Source: Eledone cirrhosa
Taxonomy: Eukaryota
Assembly: GCA_964016885.1 (NCBI GenBank)
Contig: OZ024743.1
Coordinates: 34,038,001-34,102,000 of the forward strand
Length of the DNA: 64,000 nt
Direction of reading: 5' to 3'
How positions within the stretch are numbered: position 1 is the stretch's first letter; each line of letters starts with the position of its first letter. Positions 28,316-44,033 of the stretch are shown one piece after another. The position numbers and the translations under genes were made by a program. The notes under the pieces are model-generated. The model saw only the letters and a list, made by a program, of their open reading frames with translations, searched no databases and had not been told where the DNA came from.

Positions 28316-28905
28316 GGGGAGGGTGACAGGGAGAAAGTGACAGGGGGAGGGTGACAGTGAGAAAGTGACAGGGGGAGGGTGACAGAGAGAAAGTGACAGG
28401 GGTGTGTGACATGGAGAAAGTGACAGAGGTGGGTGGGTGACAGGGAGAAATGACAAGGGGGGGAAGTGACAGGAGGATGACAAGGAGAAAGTGACGGGGG
28501 AGGGTGACATGGAGAAAGTGACAGGGGTGGGTGGGTGACATGGAGAAAGTGACAGGGGGAGGGTGACGGAGAAAGTGACAGGGGGTTGGGGTGGATGGGG
28601 GTGACAGGTAGAAAGTGGCAGGGGGGGGGGTGACGGAGAAAGTGACAGGGGGAGGGTGACAGGGAGAAAGTGACAGGGGGAGGGTGACAGGGAGAAAGTG
28701 ACAGGGGGGAGGGTGACAGGTAGAAAGTGACAGGGGGGGGGTGACAGGGAGAAAGTGACATGGGGGGGTGACATGGAGAAAGTGACAGGGGGAGGGTGAC
28801 AGGGAGAAATGTGACATGGGGTGGGGGTGGGGGGGGTGACAGGGAGAAAGTGACATGGGGGGTGGGTGACATGGAGAAAGTGACAGGGGGAGGGTGACAG
28901 GGGGT
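28316..28905. repeat. ~28-bp G-rich minisatellite GGGAGAAAGTGACAGGGGGAGGGTGACA
   Basis: Directly visible; many G-runs. Confidence 0.9.
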
Positions 28906-29199
28906 GGGAAATGGGGAAGCGGAATTGGAAGTTTTGTAATGATTATCAAGCCATGTAATTGAAACAGTTTCAGGGAATGGAAGGCCGTTTACATGCTTAG
29001 AATTATTGATGCCGAGAACTTCCCGCCGTACAACTACATTACGTACAACTGCTGCATTACGGCTGTCACTACCAGTGCTGGCACCAGCAGCAGCACCACC
29101 AGCAGTACCACCAGTAGTACCAGCAGCAGCACCACCAGCAGTACCACCAGTAGTACCAGCAGCAGCACCACCAGCAGCACCAGCAGCAGTACCACCACC

Positions 29200-29940
29200 A
29201 GCAGTACCACCACCACCATCACCACCACCACCAACACCACTCGCACCAGCACCACCACCATCACCACCACCACCACCACCACTAGCACCAGCACCACCAC
29301 CATCACCACCACCACCAACACCACTAGCACCAGCACCACCACCATCACCACCACCACCAACACCACTAGCACCAGCACCACCACCATCACCACCACCACC
29401 AACACCACTAGCACCAGCACCACCACCATCACCACCACCACCACCACCACTAGCACCAGCACCACCACCATCACCACCACCACCAACACCACTAGCACCA
29501 GCACCACCACCATCACCACCACCACCAACACCACTAGCACCAGCACCACCACCATCACCACCACCACCAACACCACTAGCACCAGCACCACCACCATCAC
29601 CACCACCACCACCACCACTAGCACCAGCACCACCACCATCACCACCACCACCAACACCACTAGCACCAGCACCACCACCATCACCACCACCACCAACACC
29701 ACTAGCACCAGCACCACCACCATCACCACCACCACCAACACCACTAGCACCAGCACCACCACCATCACCACCACCACCAACACCACTAGCACCAGCACCA
29801 CCACCATCACCACCACCACCACCACCACTAGCACCAGCACCACCACCATCACCACCACCACCAACACCACTAGCACCAGCACCACCACCATCACCACCAC
29901 CACCAACACCACTAGCACCAGCACCACCACCATCACCATA
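29200..29940. repeat. 42-bp CCA-rich minisatellite
   Basis: About 17 near-identical units, with a variant unit recurring every 4-5 copies. Confidence 0.9.
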
Positions 29941-30002
29941 CAAACAACAACAACAGTAATACCCTCAACATTATCCTCTGATCACTCACCACGCTCCATA
30001 AA

Positions 30003-30185
30003 ATAATTGGTTCTACTTTTGGCACAAGGCCAGCAATTACCCAGTGTATTACTGGTACTTTATTTTATCGACCCCGTAAGGATGAAAGGCAAAGTTAACC
30101 TCGGTGGGATTTGAACTCAGAATGGCAAGGGCCGTAACTCTATGCATCAAAGCATGGCGTCCGACCCTCTACCGATACTGCCAAT
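30003..30185 (-). mobile_element. Major-family SINE
   Basis: Near full-length match to the copy at 1-194. Confidence 0.85.
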
Positions 30186-30234
30186 CAATGTCAACATCAT
30201 TTTCAACATCATTATTGTCACCATTACCAACATT

Positions 30235-32850
30235 AAGCACCACCACTATCACTACTACTACCACTACTACCACCACCTATCACTACTACTACCACTACTA
30301 CCACCACCACCACCACCACCTATCACTACTACTACCACTACTACCACCACATATCACTACTACTACCACTACTACCACCACCTATCACTACTACTACCAC
30401 TACTACCACCACATATCACTACTACTACCACTACTACCACCACATATCACTACTACTACCACTACTACCACCACCTATCACTACTACTACCACTACTACC
30501 ACCACATATCACTACTACTACCACTACTACCACCACCTATCACTACTACTACCACTACTACCACCACCACCACCACCACCTATCACTACTACTACCACTA
30601 CTACCACCACATATCACTACTACTACCACTACTACCACCACATATCACTACTACTACCACTACTACCACCACCTATCACTACTACTACCACCACTACCAC
30701 TACCACCACCACCTATCACTACTACTACCACTACTACCACCACATATCACTACTACTACCACTACTACCACCACCTATCACTACTACTACCACCACTACC
30801 ACTACCACCACCACCTATCACTACTACTACCACTACTACCATCACCTATCACTACTACTACCACCACTACCACCACCACCACCACCTATCACTACTACTA
30901 CCACTACCACCACCACCTATCACTACTACTACCACTACCACCACCACCTATCACTACTACTACCACCACCACCACCACCTATCACTACTACTACCACCAC
31001 CACCACCACCTATCACTACTACTACCACTACCACCACCACCTATCACTACTACTACCACTACTACCACCACATATCACTACTACTACCACTACTACCACC
31101 ACCTATCACTACTACTACCACTACTACCATCACCTATCACTACTACTACCACCACTACCACCACCACCACCACCTATCACTACTACTACCACTACCACCA
31201 CCACCTATCACTACTACTACCACTACTACCATCACCTATCACTACTACTACCACCACTACCACCACCACCACCACCTATCACTACTACTACCACTACCAC
31301 CACCACCTATCACTACTACTACCACTACCACCACCACCTATCACTACTACTACCACCACCACCACCACCTATCACTACTACTACCACCACCACCACCACC
31401 TATCACTACTACTACCACCACCACCACCACCTATCACTACTACTACCACTACCACCACCACCTATCACTACTACTACCACTACCACCACCACCTATCACT
31501 ACTACTACCACCACCACCACCACCTATCACTACTACTACCACTACCACCACCACCTATCACTACTACTACCACTACTACCACCACCTATCACTACTACTA
31601 CCACCACTACCACCACCACCACCACCTATCACTACTACTACCACTACCACCACCACCTATCACTACCGTCAACACCACTACTACCACCACTACCACTACC
31701 ACCACCACCTATCACTACTACTACCACTACTACCACCACCTATCACTACTACTACCACCACTACCACCACCACCACCACCTATCACTACTACTACCACCA
31801 CCACCACCACCACCACCTATCACTACCGTCAACACCACTACTACCACCACTACCACTACCATCACCACGCCCACCACCACCACCTATCACTACCACCACC
31901 ACCACCACCACCACCACCACTACCATCACCACTACCACCACTACCACGCCCACCACCACCACCTATCACTACCACCACCACCACCACCACCACCTATCAC
32001 TACCGTCAACACCACCACCTATCACTACCACCACCACCACCACTACCACCACCACCACCTACCACTACCACCACCACCACCTACCACTACTACCACCACC
32101 ACCACCACCTATCACTACCACCACCACCACCTATCACTACCGTCTACACCACTACCACCACCACCACCACCACCACCACCTATCACTACCGTCTACACCA
32201 CTACCACCACCACCACCACCACCACCACCTATCACTACCGTCTACACCACTACCACCCCTACCACCACCACCACCACCACCTATCACTACCGTCAACACC
32301 ACTACCACCACCACCACCACCACCTATCACTACCGTCAACACCACTACTACCACCACTACCACTACCACCACCACCTATCACTACCGTCAACACCACTAC
32401 TACCACCACTACAACTACCACCACCACCTATCACTACTACTACCACTACTACCACCACCTATCACTACTACTACCACCACTACCACCACCACCACCACCT
32501 ATCACTACTACTACCACTACCACCACCACCTATCACTACTACTACCACCACCACCACCACCTATCACTACTACTACCACTACCACCACCACCACCACCAC
32601 CTATCACTACCGTAAACACCACTACCACCACTACTACCACCACCACCTATCACTACCGTCAACACCACTACCACCACTACTACCACCACCACCTATCACT
32701 ACCGTCAACACCACTACCACCACTACCACCACCACCACCTATCACTACCGTCTACACCACTACCACCACCACTACCACCACCACCTATCACTACCGTCAA
32801 CACCACCACCACCACTACTACCACCACCACCACCACCTATCACTACTGAC
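30235..32850. repeat. Variable 25-37-bp CTAT(CACTACTACTAC)(CAC)n minisatellite
   Basis: Directly visible; explains the 955-aa and 945-aa ORFs. Confidence 0.95.
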
Positions 32851-33657
32851 ATCACCACCCCCTATTTGTACCTCAGTTATCAACACAACTACATCACTGC
32901 CACCATTATCACCATCACCATCACCATCAACGTTAGCACTACGACGAGGAAGCCACTACGTTGCCGCTTGACCTGCTAGAAATAACAGTCAAATCTTATT
33001 CAAAACAACATCTACTGTCTTTTAAAAAGATAATGCCTCTTCAGATAATATAGTCATAAACACTACTAAACATGCGTGATAGTCACGTCTGGAATGTTTT
33101 TGCTCATATCTCCGTTTGTTCAGAGTTGACTTAGAGTTATACATCAACTAATAATTGTTTCTACTTTTGGCACAAGGCCAGCAATTTTCAGTATATTACT
33201 GGTACTTTATTTTATCGACTCCATAAGGATGAAAGTCAAAGTTAACCTCGGCGGGATTTGAACTCTAATTCTTTGTAGTAGTGGCACAAGGCCAGCAATT
33301 TGGGGGAAGAGGGAATTCGATTATATCGATCCCAGGACTTTACTGGTATTTATTTTGTCGATCTCGGAAGGATAAAAGGCAAAGTTGATCTTGGTGGGAT
33401 TTGAACTCTGAACGTAAAGAGCCGGGAAAATACCACACAGCTTTCCCCCGACTCTAACAATTCTACCGATGCTACACCCAATATACGGTTGTATCAAAAA
33501 CAATAACAACAAGATCAGCAATAACAACAACAACAGCAGTAACAATAGTGACTAACGAGAGTTAACGTAACTGTAATAACCATAACAACAGTATCAGCAA
33601 TAACAACAGCCATAACAATTGCTAGTCACAACCACGCATAACAACAGACACTACTAA

Positions 33658-33850
33658 GGAGCCTCTATGTGGTTGCTAAACATGCTAGAAATAGCAGCCA
33701 ACCCTATCTCATCTTTCCTCCATTGAAATAAAGAAAAGACAGTAAGATAATCTACTCGTAGAAACTCCCAAAAGTGGGGGGATGGTCACGACTGAAATGT
33801 CTTTGATCATAAGTTTGCTCGAACATGGTTGACCTGGGACTAAACAACAG
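33658..33850. mobile_element. Old dispersed repeat (third family)
   Basis: TGCTAGAAATAGCAGCCAA...CTTTGATCATA...GGTTGACCTGGGACTAAACAAC. Diverged copies lie near 4660, 5680, 19880, 32960, 34580 and 54925, with inverted copies near 19200 and 22900. Confidence 0.65.
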
Positions 33851-34270
33851 CAATTTCTAAAACTACTACAGACACACAAGCCGACAGGGTTTATCTTCTA
33901 GTGAAATGTCCCTTAAATTACACACAGACACGCACATACCAACTACTATTTCCTTTAAAAAAACCGAAGGAATAATACATTGAATAATGCAGTCCTTGAT
34001 AAACTTATGCCTGATAAAAAGAAAAAAAGGAAAGAAAAAAAAGACGGGATTGTCACTGCTGAAACTAAACAACATCTACAACGACAACTATACTATCACT
34101 ACTATTTTATAGACAACTTCAACAGTAGTAATAATTATTACAATATCCTTAATCACAATAACCACATGAAACAACGACATCAACAATAACTACGTTTAAC
34201 TCTTTCATAACCATATTTCTAATGTGTCTGCTTTTAAGACAATCTTTACGATTTTCAAATACTTTTGAAA

Positions 34271-34461
34271 ATAATTGTTTCTACTTTTAGTACAAGGCCA
34301 GCAATTATCCAGTACATTACTGGTACTTTATTTTATCGACCCCGTAAGGATGAAAGGCAAAGTTAACCTCGACGGGATTTGAACTCAGACCGTAAAGGGA
34401 CGTAACTATGCTGGAAAGCATGGCGTCCGACTCTCTACCGATACTGCCAATCCACCGCCCT
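34271..34461 (-). mobile_element. Major-family SINE with apparent target duplication
   Basis: Full-length copy flanked by ATACTTTTGAAA on both sides. Confidence 0.8.
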
Positions 34462-35817
34462 TATACTTTTGAAAATACTTTTGAAAATAATGAAGAATTT
34501 TGAGAGATTTAGTAATATAACTAACTACAACTATATTAATAATAACTATATTATTATTAATAACGAGACAATGGAAAAGCCTGTATGCAGTCGCTCGATG
34601 TGCTAGAAATAGCAGCCAATTCTTCAAGAAATTGCACTACCGTTTTATATAAAAAAAAAAAACGTAGGCAAAGGATAGATTAGGTAATGTAGTTGAAGAT
34701 AGTTCTCACGGCTGGTATGCTTGATGACCAGAATAACGACAATGTGAGTGACGATAAGTAAAGTGAAAATTGAGAAATCACTGAATGTTAGAAAATCTGA
34801 AATATTTAAAAATAGATTTACATATTAACGGATATATCTATCCTTCCCCCAAAAAGGACAATTCAAAATAATGAGATTTCAGGTATGGTCACTATGTGTG
34901 GTCTTGTGGGCAGGAGCCTCGGGTCGAACCTAGCTAGACTTGTTAGTAAAATTGAGCAGACGAAAACTGCTTAGAAGCCCGTCGCATGAATGGACTGTAC
35001 ATGGAATTCAAAGGACCAGCATTGTCACACTGTGTCTTACTGTCACTTGCACGAGCTGGCTGTTCCATTGATCGAACAACTGGAACATTTTCGTCGGAAC
35101 CCGGTAAATGTCCATTCAATTCTTTCCCTAAAAGTATTCAGTAAACTATCACCCACCCTCTCTTTCTCTCTCTTTCTCCTCTATCTCTCTCTGGAATATA
35201 TCAGTCGGATGGACCCTGCCAGGTTTCAATGCCCACGATACACTATCTCAACGGCGCCACCACGACTACATCAGAAATAAAGGGTTCATATATAAATATG
35301 CATAAAGTATAATGAATGCACTGTCCGAAGAAGTGATAGTATTGCCATCCTTATATTCATGAATGTATTGTTAATCCGAGAAGTAACGAGCGTGTTATTT
35401 AATCCCTAAATCGAAATATCAACCTTATCTTTATCAATATTCCCGATGAAGGCTACAATGAAACGAGTATGAATGAAATAACTCAACTAAACATTTTTTT
35501 CTTCTAATTATCACGGAAAACAAACTTTTCTAGTTACACTACATGTCATACTATATTCACGGTTACACGACTAAACATACATTTTTGTGTTTGTCTATCA
35601 TGAATTTTGGATGGACTAGAACTCCTAATTTCGGTTTTTACGCCTATTTTATCTCAGAGTTAATCCAAGGATTCAAATAAATTTGAAACTACAACCAGCA
35701 TCCAGTCCCTTCCATCAATAACCCTACATTAAAATTATATACATACGTAAACAAATTTTACTGTATTTTGTCTTATTTTCGCTTTTGTTTTTTCTGACAC
35801 TTTACCCTGTGCGAATG

Positions 35818-35982
<165 letters not shown>

Positions 35983-36331
35983 TATATACATATTAGCTGA
36001 AATTAACAATAGCAGGCCTAATGGGAAAGGGTTCAGGGAGATACATTACATCGTCGCGGCCCCCAATTTTTTTCTGGGATCTCAGAAAATGTTTGCAATA
36101 TATTGAAGATTAACTTTAACGATAGAGAAAACCCCCTTTTCTAGCGGAAAAAAGAAACAAAATAACTTTGCATCCACTGCTAAAATTGTTCTTAAGTGTC
36201 CCTGGCTCCAGCAGTAAACCACAGGGCCAAGAGTTTCGTACCGAAGTACTTGTCAAAACCTTTGACATCTACCTTGACATTTGTCTCACCATGAAACTCA
36301 AGGCGTTTAGGTCCCTCCCGTAGATTCCTCA

Positions 36332-36422
<91 letters not shown>

Positions 36423-36625
36423 CATACATACTTACATACATAGAATAGATAGATTACATACAAAGTTAAATTTAACAAACAATTATTTTAATAAAAGATT
36501 CACTTTCTCCTTTTATCTTTTTTTTCTTTTATATTGTCCCTGAAAAATCTCTCAGAGAATAAAGAATGAAGAAACGCAAAACAAAATAATAAGCATCGAG
36601 GATGAGACTAAATTAAAATACTTAC

Positions 36626-36857
36626 CATAATTTCTCCTTTGCCTGCTTGGTCCATCGGAATATCCGCCAGGACTACAAATAACTCGCAAAATGTTCGGTA
36701 GTTTGTCGCCACAGAAACCACCTGACGCAGGACCCTGACGAATTGTTTCTTCATTACAGGTGTGCTCTAAACCGGCTATGACCAGCTGCCAGTTGAGTAG
36801 GCTAACAAGGAGAGCCAAAAGCATTGTCCATGTCGTACACATGTTGCAGGATTTCAT
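36626..36857 (-). CDS. Molluscan insulin-related peptide precursor, first coding exon (signal peptide + B-chain + start of C-peptide)
   Basis: MKSCNMCTTWTMLLALLVSLLNWQLVIA|GLEHTCNEETIRQGPASGGFCGDKLPNILRVICSPGGYSDGPSRQRRNY. It has a hydrophobic signal, the insulin B-chain CG-x10-C spacing, the extra N-terminal Cys typical of molluscan insulins and an RQRR convertase site. A phase-1 donor (ATG|GTAAGT) follows at 36625. Confidence 0.88.
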
Positions 36858-36865
36858 TGAACCGG

Positions 36866-36995
36866 CTGAAAAACGAGCACAAAAAAGAAAGATTTTCGTA
36901 GCCATAGATCTTTATAAAACGCGCCGGCGGCGAGTGCGAATCGAGGTACGCTGGCCTCAGCCAACCACACACGCGCGCGCATGCATCTCGCCCAT
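36866..36995 (-). promoter_or_regulatory. CpG-rich patch + TATAAAG + pyrimidine tract (core promoter, or 3' splice acceptor)
   Basis: TATAAAG at 36916-36910, CpG-rich sequence at 36920-36990, and TCTTTCTTTTTTTGTGCTCGTTTTTCAG ending 8 nt before the ATG. Confidence 0.5.
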
Positions 36996-37064
36996 TCCTC
37001 TTTTTCTCTCTCTCCCTCCTTCTCTTTCTCTCTCACTCTAATTCTCTTCTTCTTCATGCGTGGT

Positions 37065-39330
<2,266 letters not shown>

Positions 39331-39643
39331 TAAAAAAAGGAAAAGAATGACTTCACTTGTAGTTCTGAACAATTTAATTTCATTTTTTATAATATTTTTA
39401 CACTTGGTTACAACTTGGTTTTGTAACATTTGAGTGTGTGTATGACTGTGTTTATATGAATATGTATGTAAATATATCGAGAGAGAGAGAGAGAAAGAGA
39501 GAGGGAAAGAGGGAGGGGGTAGAGGGAGAGAGAATGAGAGGGAAAGAGGGAGAGAGAGAGGGGAAGAGCGAGGGAGAAAGAGAGAGGGAAAGAGGAAGAG
39601 AGGGGAGAGAGGGGGGAGGGAGAGAGGGAGAGAGAGAGAGAGA

Positions 39644-39703
<60 letters not shown>

Positions 39704-39939
39704 TGAATATTTTACAACATATTTTCCACAATGCAGATAACTATAAATAATCGTTGATTAAGCCAAGTAAAGTACTCCTGGAGACGTCTCTGTACACCTT
39801 TCCCAGATTAGGAGTACTTTAGTCGATGTATTCAACTATTATTTATAGTTATCTCTACTGTGGTGACTATTAAAAAAAAATCACAATGATTCGCATGTTC
39901 AAATACATGAATGTGTGTGTGTGCCTGCGTGCGTGTGTG

Positions 39940-39978
<39 letters not shown>

Positions 39979-40366
39979 AGTACGGTGAATTTTTTGAAAT
40001 TTATTTTGAAACTCTTTCTTATTTGCTAAACCTTGATTATATATGTTCTGGCTCGTTAATTTATTAACCTGCCATTGAACCACATTGGCATATGGTTGGA
40101 CAATACATGTGTCCCTATACCCTTTTTGCGTCTAGGGATATATACTTTATTATTATTATCTCCTCTTGGTCGAGATAAAATTTGGTCGTTTTGACTGCTG
40201 CTATTTATAGTGGTAGTAGACTGACCTCCCTCCCTCTGCTTCTATCTTTACACACGGCACTGGACAGAATTGCTTCCACATCATTCATTCTCATCTCGGG
40301 AACAATTTTGAATAGCGCCAGTTCGTAATTTGAACTCGGGAATTTTATATTCTCCGAGTGAAAAGA

Positions 40367-40453
40367 ACCTTCTGACGAGAATTTATCTTTTCAATGGAAG
40401 CCCGCAAGGACTGTCCATTTATTTTTGAGATTCGAAACCGATTCGGTAAAGGT
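40367..40453 (+). ncRNA. Type I hammerhead ribozyme with extended stem II (family C)
   Basis: ACCUU-CUGACGA-GAAUUU...AGAUUC-GAAA-CCG(AUU)CGG-UA-AAGGU. All three stems and the core are intact. Confidence 0.78.
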
Positions 40454-40522
40454 AACCATAGTAAGTACGGTGAAATTTTTGAAATTTATTTTGAAACTTT
40501 TTCTTATTTGCTAAACCTTGAT

Positions 40523-40553
<31 letters not shown>

Positions 40554-40742
40554 CTTTCCCTTTTTTCTCCAATAACTTCCTTGAGTTATTAACACCCTGA
40601 GACATATTGTCTTTAATGCGTTGAAATATCCAAGACCCCCAGCAGACAAGTGATGAAGGAAAATTTTCTCTCGTTCTTGCTTTCCTCTTTTTATATGTGC
40701 AGCTTATCCAGCAACTACACAGCCCGTGTTTATTCTAAAATG

Positions 40743-40845
<103 letters not shown>

Positions 40846-41715
40846 TGTGTCTGTATATATATATATATACACACACACATAATAAATGTAAATATATATA
40901 TGCATGTGTGAGTGCGTGTATCTGTTAGTCCGAAAAAGAACATTATTAACTATTAAAAAGAATCCTGTTTTCGACAATTGGTGGCTCTTTCAGTCTCGTA
41001 CATGACATTTGCCACACTTTACAGACAAAGCTGCATTTGTACCCTTCAATATACAGAAGCTTTATTATTTTTAAAACCCCGCAAGTGATTTGCTGATCTT
41101 CGTATATGAATTGCATATTACGCAACTTAGTGTTGTGAACTTACTGCAGTCAAATTCATGTCCAGCCTTATAAATGCATTGGTGACTAATAATTATTAGT
41201 TTGTCTGATTATAATCAGACAAACTTGGAAAAAAAACATTTACGACCACAAATAACGGAGACCAAATCTACCCCAACCAATTCACAAACTCTACGATCTC
41301 ATGCAGTACGATTAAATTCTGACTTCACTATTCTTTATCCATCTTATCCATTGCCGACGATGAAAACCATTTCATTCCAGGTTTTCCTTGGGTATTTCGA
41401 AAGCTTAAAAACGAACATTACACAGTCCTTAAATCACAGACTTGGTTTATGTCATGGGCGCTAAGTTTATAAGCTCACCATACGCTCACCATACAGCATC
41501 TACTTCTTGGCAGTTTGAACATATGTGTGCCTGTTTATATATATATATAAAGGATAACAAAATATCGTTATGGGTAATCCAGTTAGAGGTTGTGAATACT
41601 TCTTATTATGGATAGTTTTAGCGTACGGTGTTGTTTGACTTAACAAGAGGTTTACGTAGATAACGAGTTTATGATTTCACTTGTATTCCTATGTAAGTTT
41701 ATCTTGGAGTAATAA

Positions 41716-42049
41716 AATTGAAAAAGTAGAGAATAACATGGTCAGCAGTACAAAAAAGGGATTTATTTACAGTCTAACAATTGTTTCACTGATAAAGTGT
41801 CTAAAAATTGCTGAACACTAGAAGCAGTGCCACTCAATTTTAAATACGATGTTAGCTCGATCAGATCTTCGGAAACTGATCGAGATCTTCCGAAGATCTG
41901 ATCGAGCTAACATCGTATTTAAAATTGAGTGGCACTGCTTCTAGTGATCAGCAATTTTTAGACATCTTTATCAGTGAAACAATTGTTAGACTGTAAATAA
42001 ATCCCCTTTTTTTGTACTGTTGACCATGTTATTCTCCACCTTTTCAATT
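41716..42049. repeat. Near-perfect palindrome with ~160-bp arms
   Basis: The arms are reverse complements with few mismatches. They contain a CCGAAGA...GAAACAAUUGUU hammerhead-like core. Confidence 0.92.
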
Positions 42050-43759
42050 ATATATATATATATATACGCAGTAAAAGATAGATATATTTTTAAAAGCCGG
42101 TAAGAAACAAAACAAAGTAATGTTTTACCCAGTGTATTTTAGAAGGATATTTCAGGGCTAACACCTACTTTTCAGATGCATGTACCCTTAACCTAATTGT
42201 CATACAGTTTGCTAAGCTGTCGAACCTAGTTTTTGACATATCTTGCTCTGACCACACTTAAAACATCACTAAAACTACATTTCTACAATACAGTTCCCAC
42301 TCACCCATGCCAAATCATGTGATACAGAGCACTGCTCTTCTTTGGAGTAAACAGAAAGCTGAGCAGCCATCTCTAATGTAATGACAATTAATTGATCTTT
42401 CAAGCTCAAATCCATATTGCAATGTTTAGAAAGAAATCACATTTAATAATATGTGGGCAACCAACTTTTCAATACAGATAATTACGGTGGTTCAATAAAT
42501 TCGGATTCAAATCTTATAGCTACCCACCTACCAATGTGATTAATAATCAAAGACACAGGATCACCTTTAGCTTGGATATAGAAGATAGAACTGAAGCTTT
42601 TAACTCTAAAGATTCTTATTTCATCTTCAAGGACTATAAATACCACTTTTATAACAACCTTTCCACAAAACTTATCAATGCTGCAATAAGCCTTTAGATG
42701 AAATTATCCGATTACAATAATATACAGATTGCTAATAAATCTAATACGAATTTCTTACAATTCAATATTATTCTTTTTAATGGTTTTATCATTAAACTGT
42801 TACTAATTGATGTTATATATTTCGCTTGCTATATAACTAATAGTTTTAAGGCCGAAGAAGTAATGTTTGTTTCTAGTTAAGGCTCGGAGTCAGCATTGTT
42901 TAAAGGGAGAGGAAACAAAATTACCTGGACCCTAGCATTCTATTGGTACTTCATTTTATCGACACCGGAAGGGTGAAGTCGACTTCACCGGGATTTGAAC
43001 TCAAAACAACGAGCTGTAATTAAAGGGCGAAGAAGTCATTGATGCATGAAAGCAAAATTCTTAGGATTATGACCAATCTATTTGGATGAAAAATACAATT
43101 GTCCTTGTGATGCTAGTGTGTTATTTTGTAGAATATATTTTTCTGTGTCGTTTTTTATCAACAATTATTTGATATGTGATTGTAGTTTATTACGATGCAG
43201 GCAACAAAAATATAAATAATTACACATCGTAATTAGATGTGATGCTGCTGATGATTGTATAATGAATTATCTACCGTCTATTGCGTATAACATATAACTG
43301 GTACAAGCAGAGCCGGAGCCTATATATTTAACTCCCTTGGCTTGCACTACAATGTGCACCCCATTGTCACAAATAAAATAATTTTAACTTACAGATTGGG
43401 GAACTGACGAACCTAGTTTTTAATATTTATTGTTCTGACTACAGATTACGTGGCGGTCAGTGCGTGGACCCTCAATTGTTCACGATGGGGAGAACGGGAG
43501 AGATGGAGGCAGTGATAGTAAGGGTCTGGCTCCTTTGTGTTCGGATCTGGTGTATATATATATGTTTCACAGACACATTTCTTCAGAAAATAGCAGACTA
43601 TTTATTTCCAATACACAGGTCGCACTTATCCACACCAAATTACGTGGCAGGTGTTAACATCATACAACCCTCTTCACCGCTTTAGATATTTCAGCAACGA
43701 TGTGATACGGCAAAGATTTTTAGCGATTTATTTATTGATCGCAGGAAATCATTATAGTA

Positions 43760-43960
43760 AATTGGCAAAGAGTGGTAGATCGGCAGAATCGGGAGAGCGT
43801 CGGACACTGATTTGTAACATAGAGTTACAGCCCTTTACGTTCTTAGTTCAAATCCCGCCGGGGTTAGCTTTGCCTTTCATCCTTACGGAGTCGATAAAAT
43901 AAAGTACCAGCAATGTACTGGGGTAATTGCTGGCCTTGTGTCAAAAGTAGAAACAATTAT
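43760..43960 (+). mobile_element. Major-family SINE (plus orientation)
   Basis: B-box TAGTTCAAATCC, core and tail are present. Confidence 0.8.
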
Positions 43961-44033
43961 TATATATTTAATTTATTCATACTAATTTCTATAAAACTGT
44001 CATTACACAAATGTGTATAAAACTAGGCCCTAA

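Noticed and set aside
28243-32979. Extensin-like SPPPP, mucin-like poly-T, Gly-rich and His-rich ORFs
   Set aside because: CCA-based minisatellites are stop-free in several frames. The units show no synonymous variation, and the 30-kb ORFs start inside a SINE.
36858-36905. Upstream in-frame ATG (MATKIFLF...) used by the ORF track, and read-through past 36626
   Set aside because: The ATG lies a few nt after the TATA box, or inside the intron under the acceptor model. The C-terminal tail follows a consensus donor.
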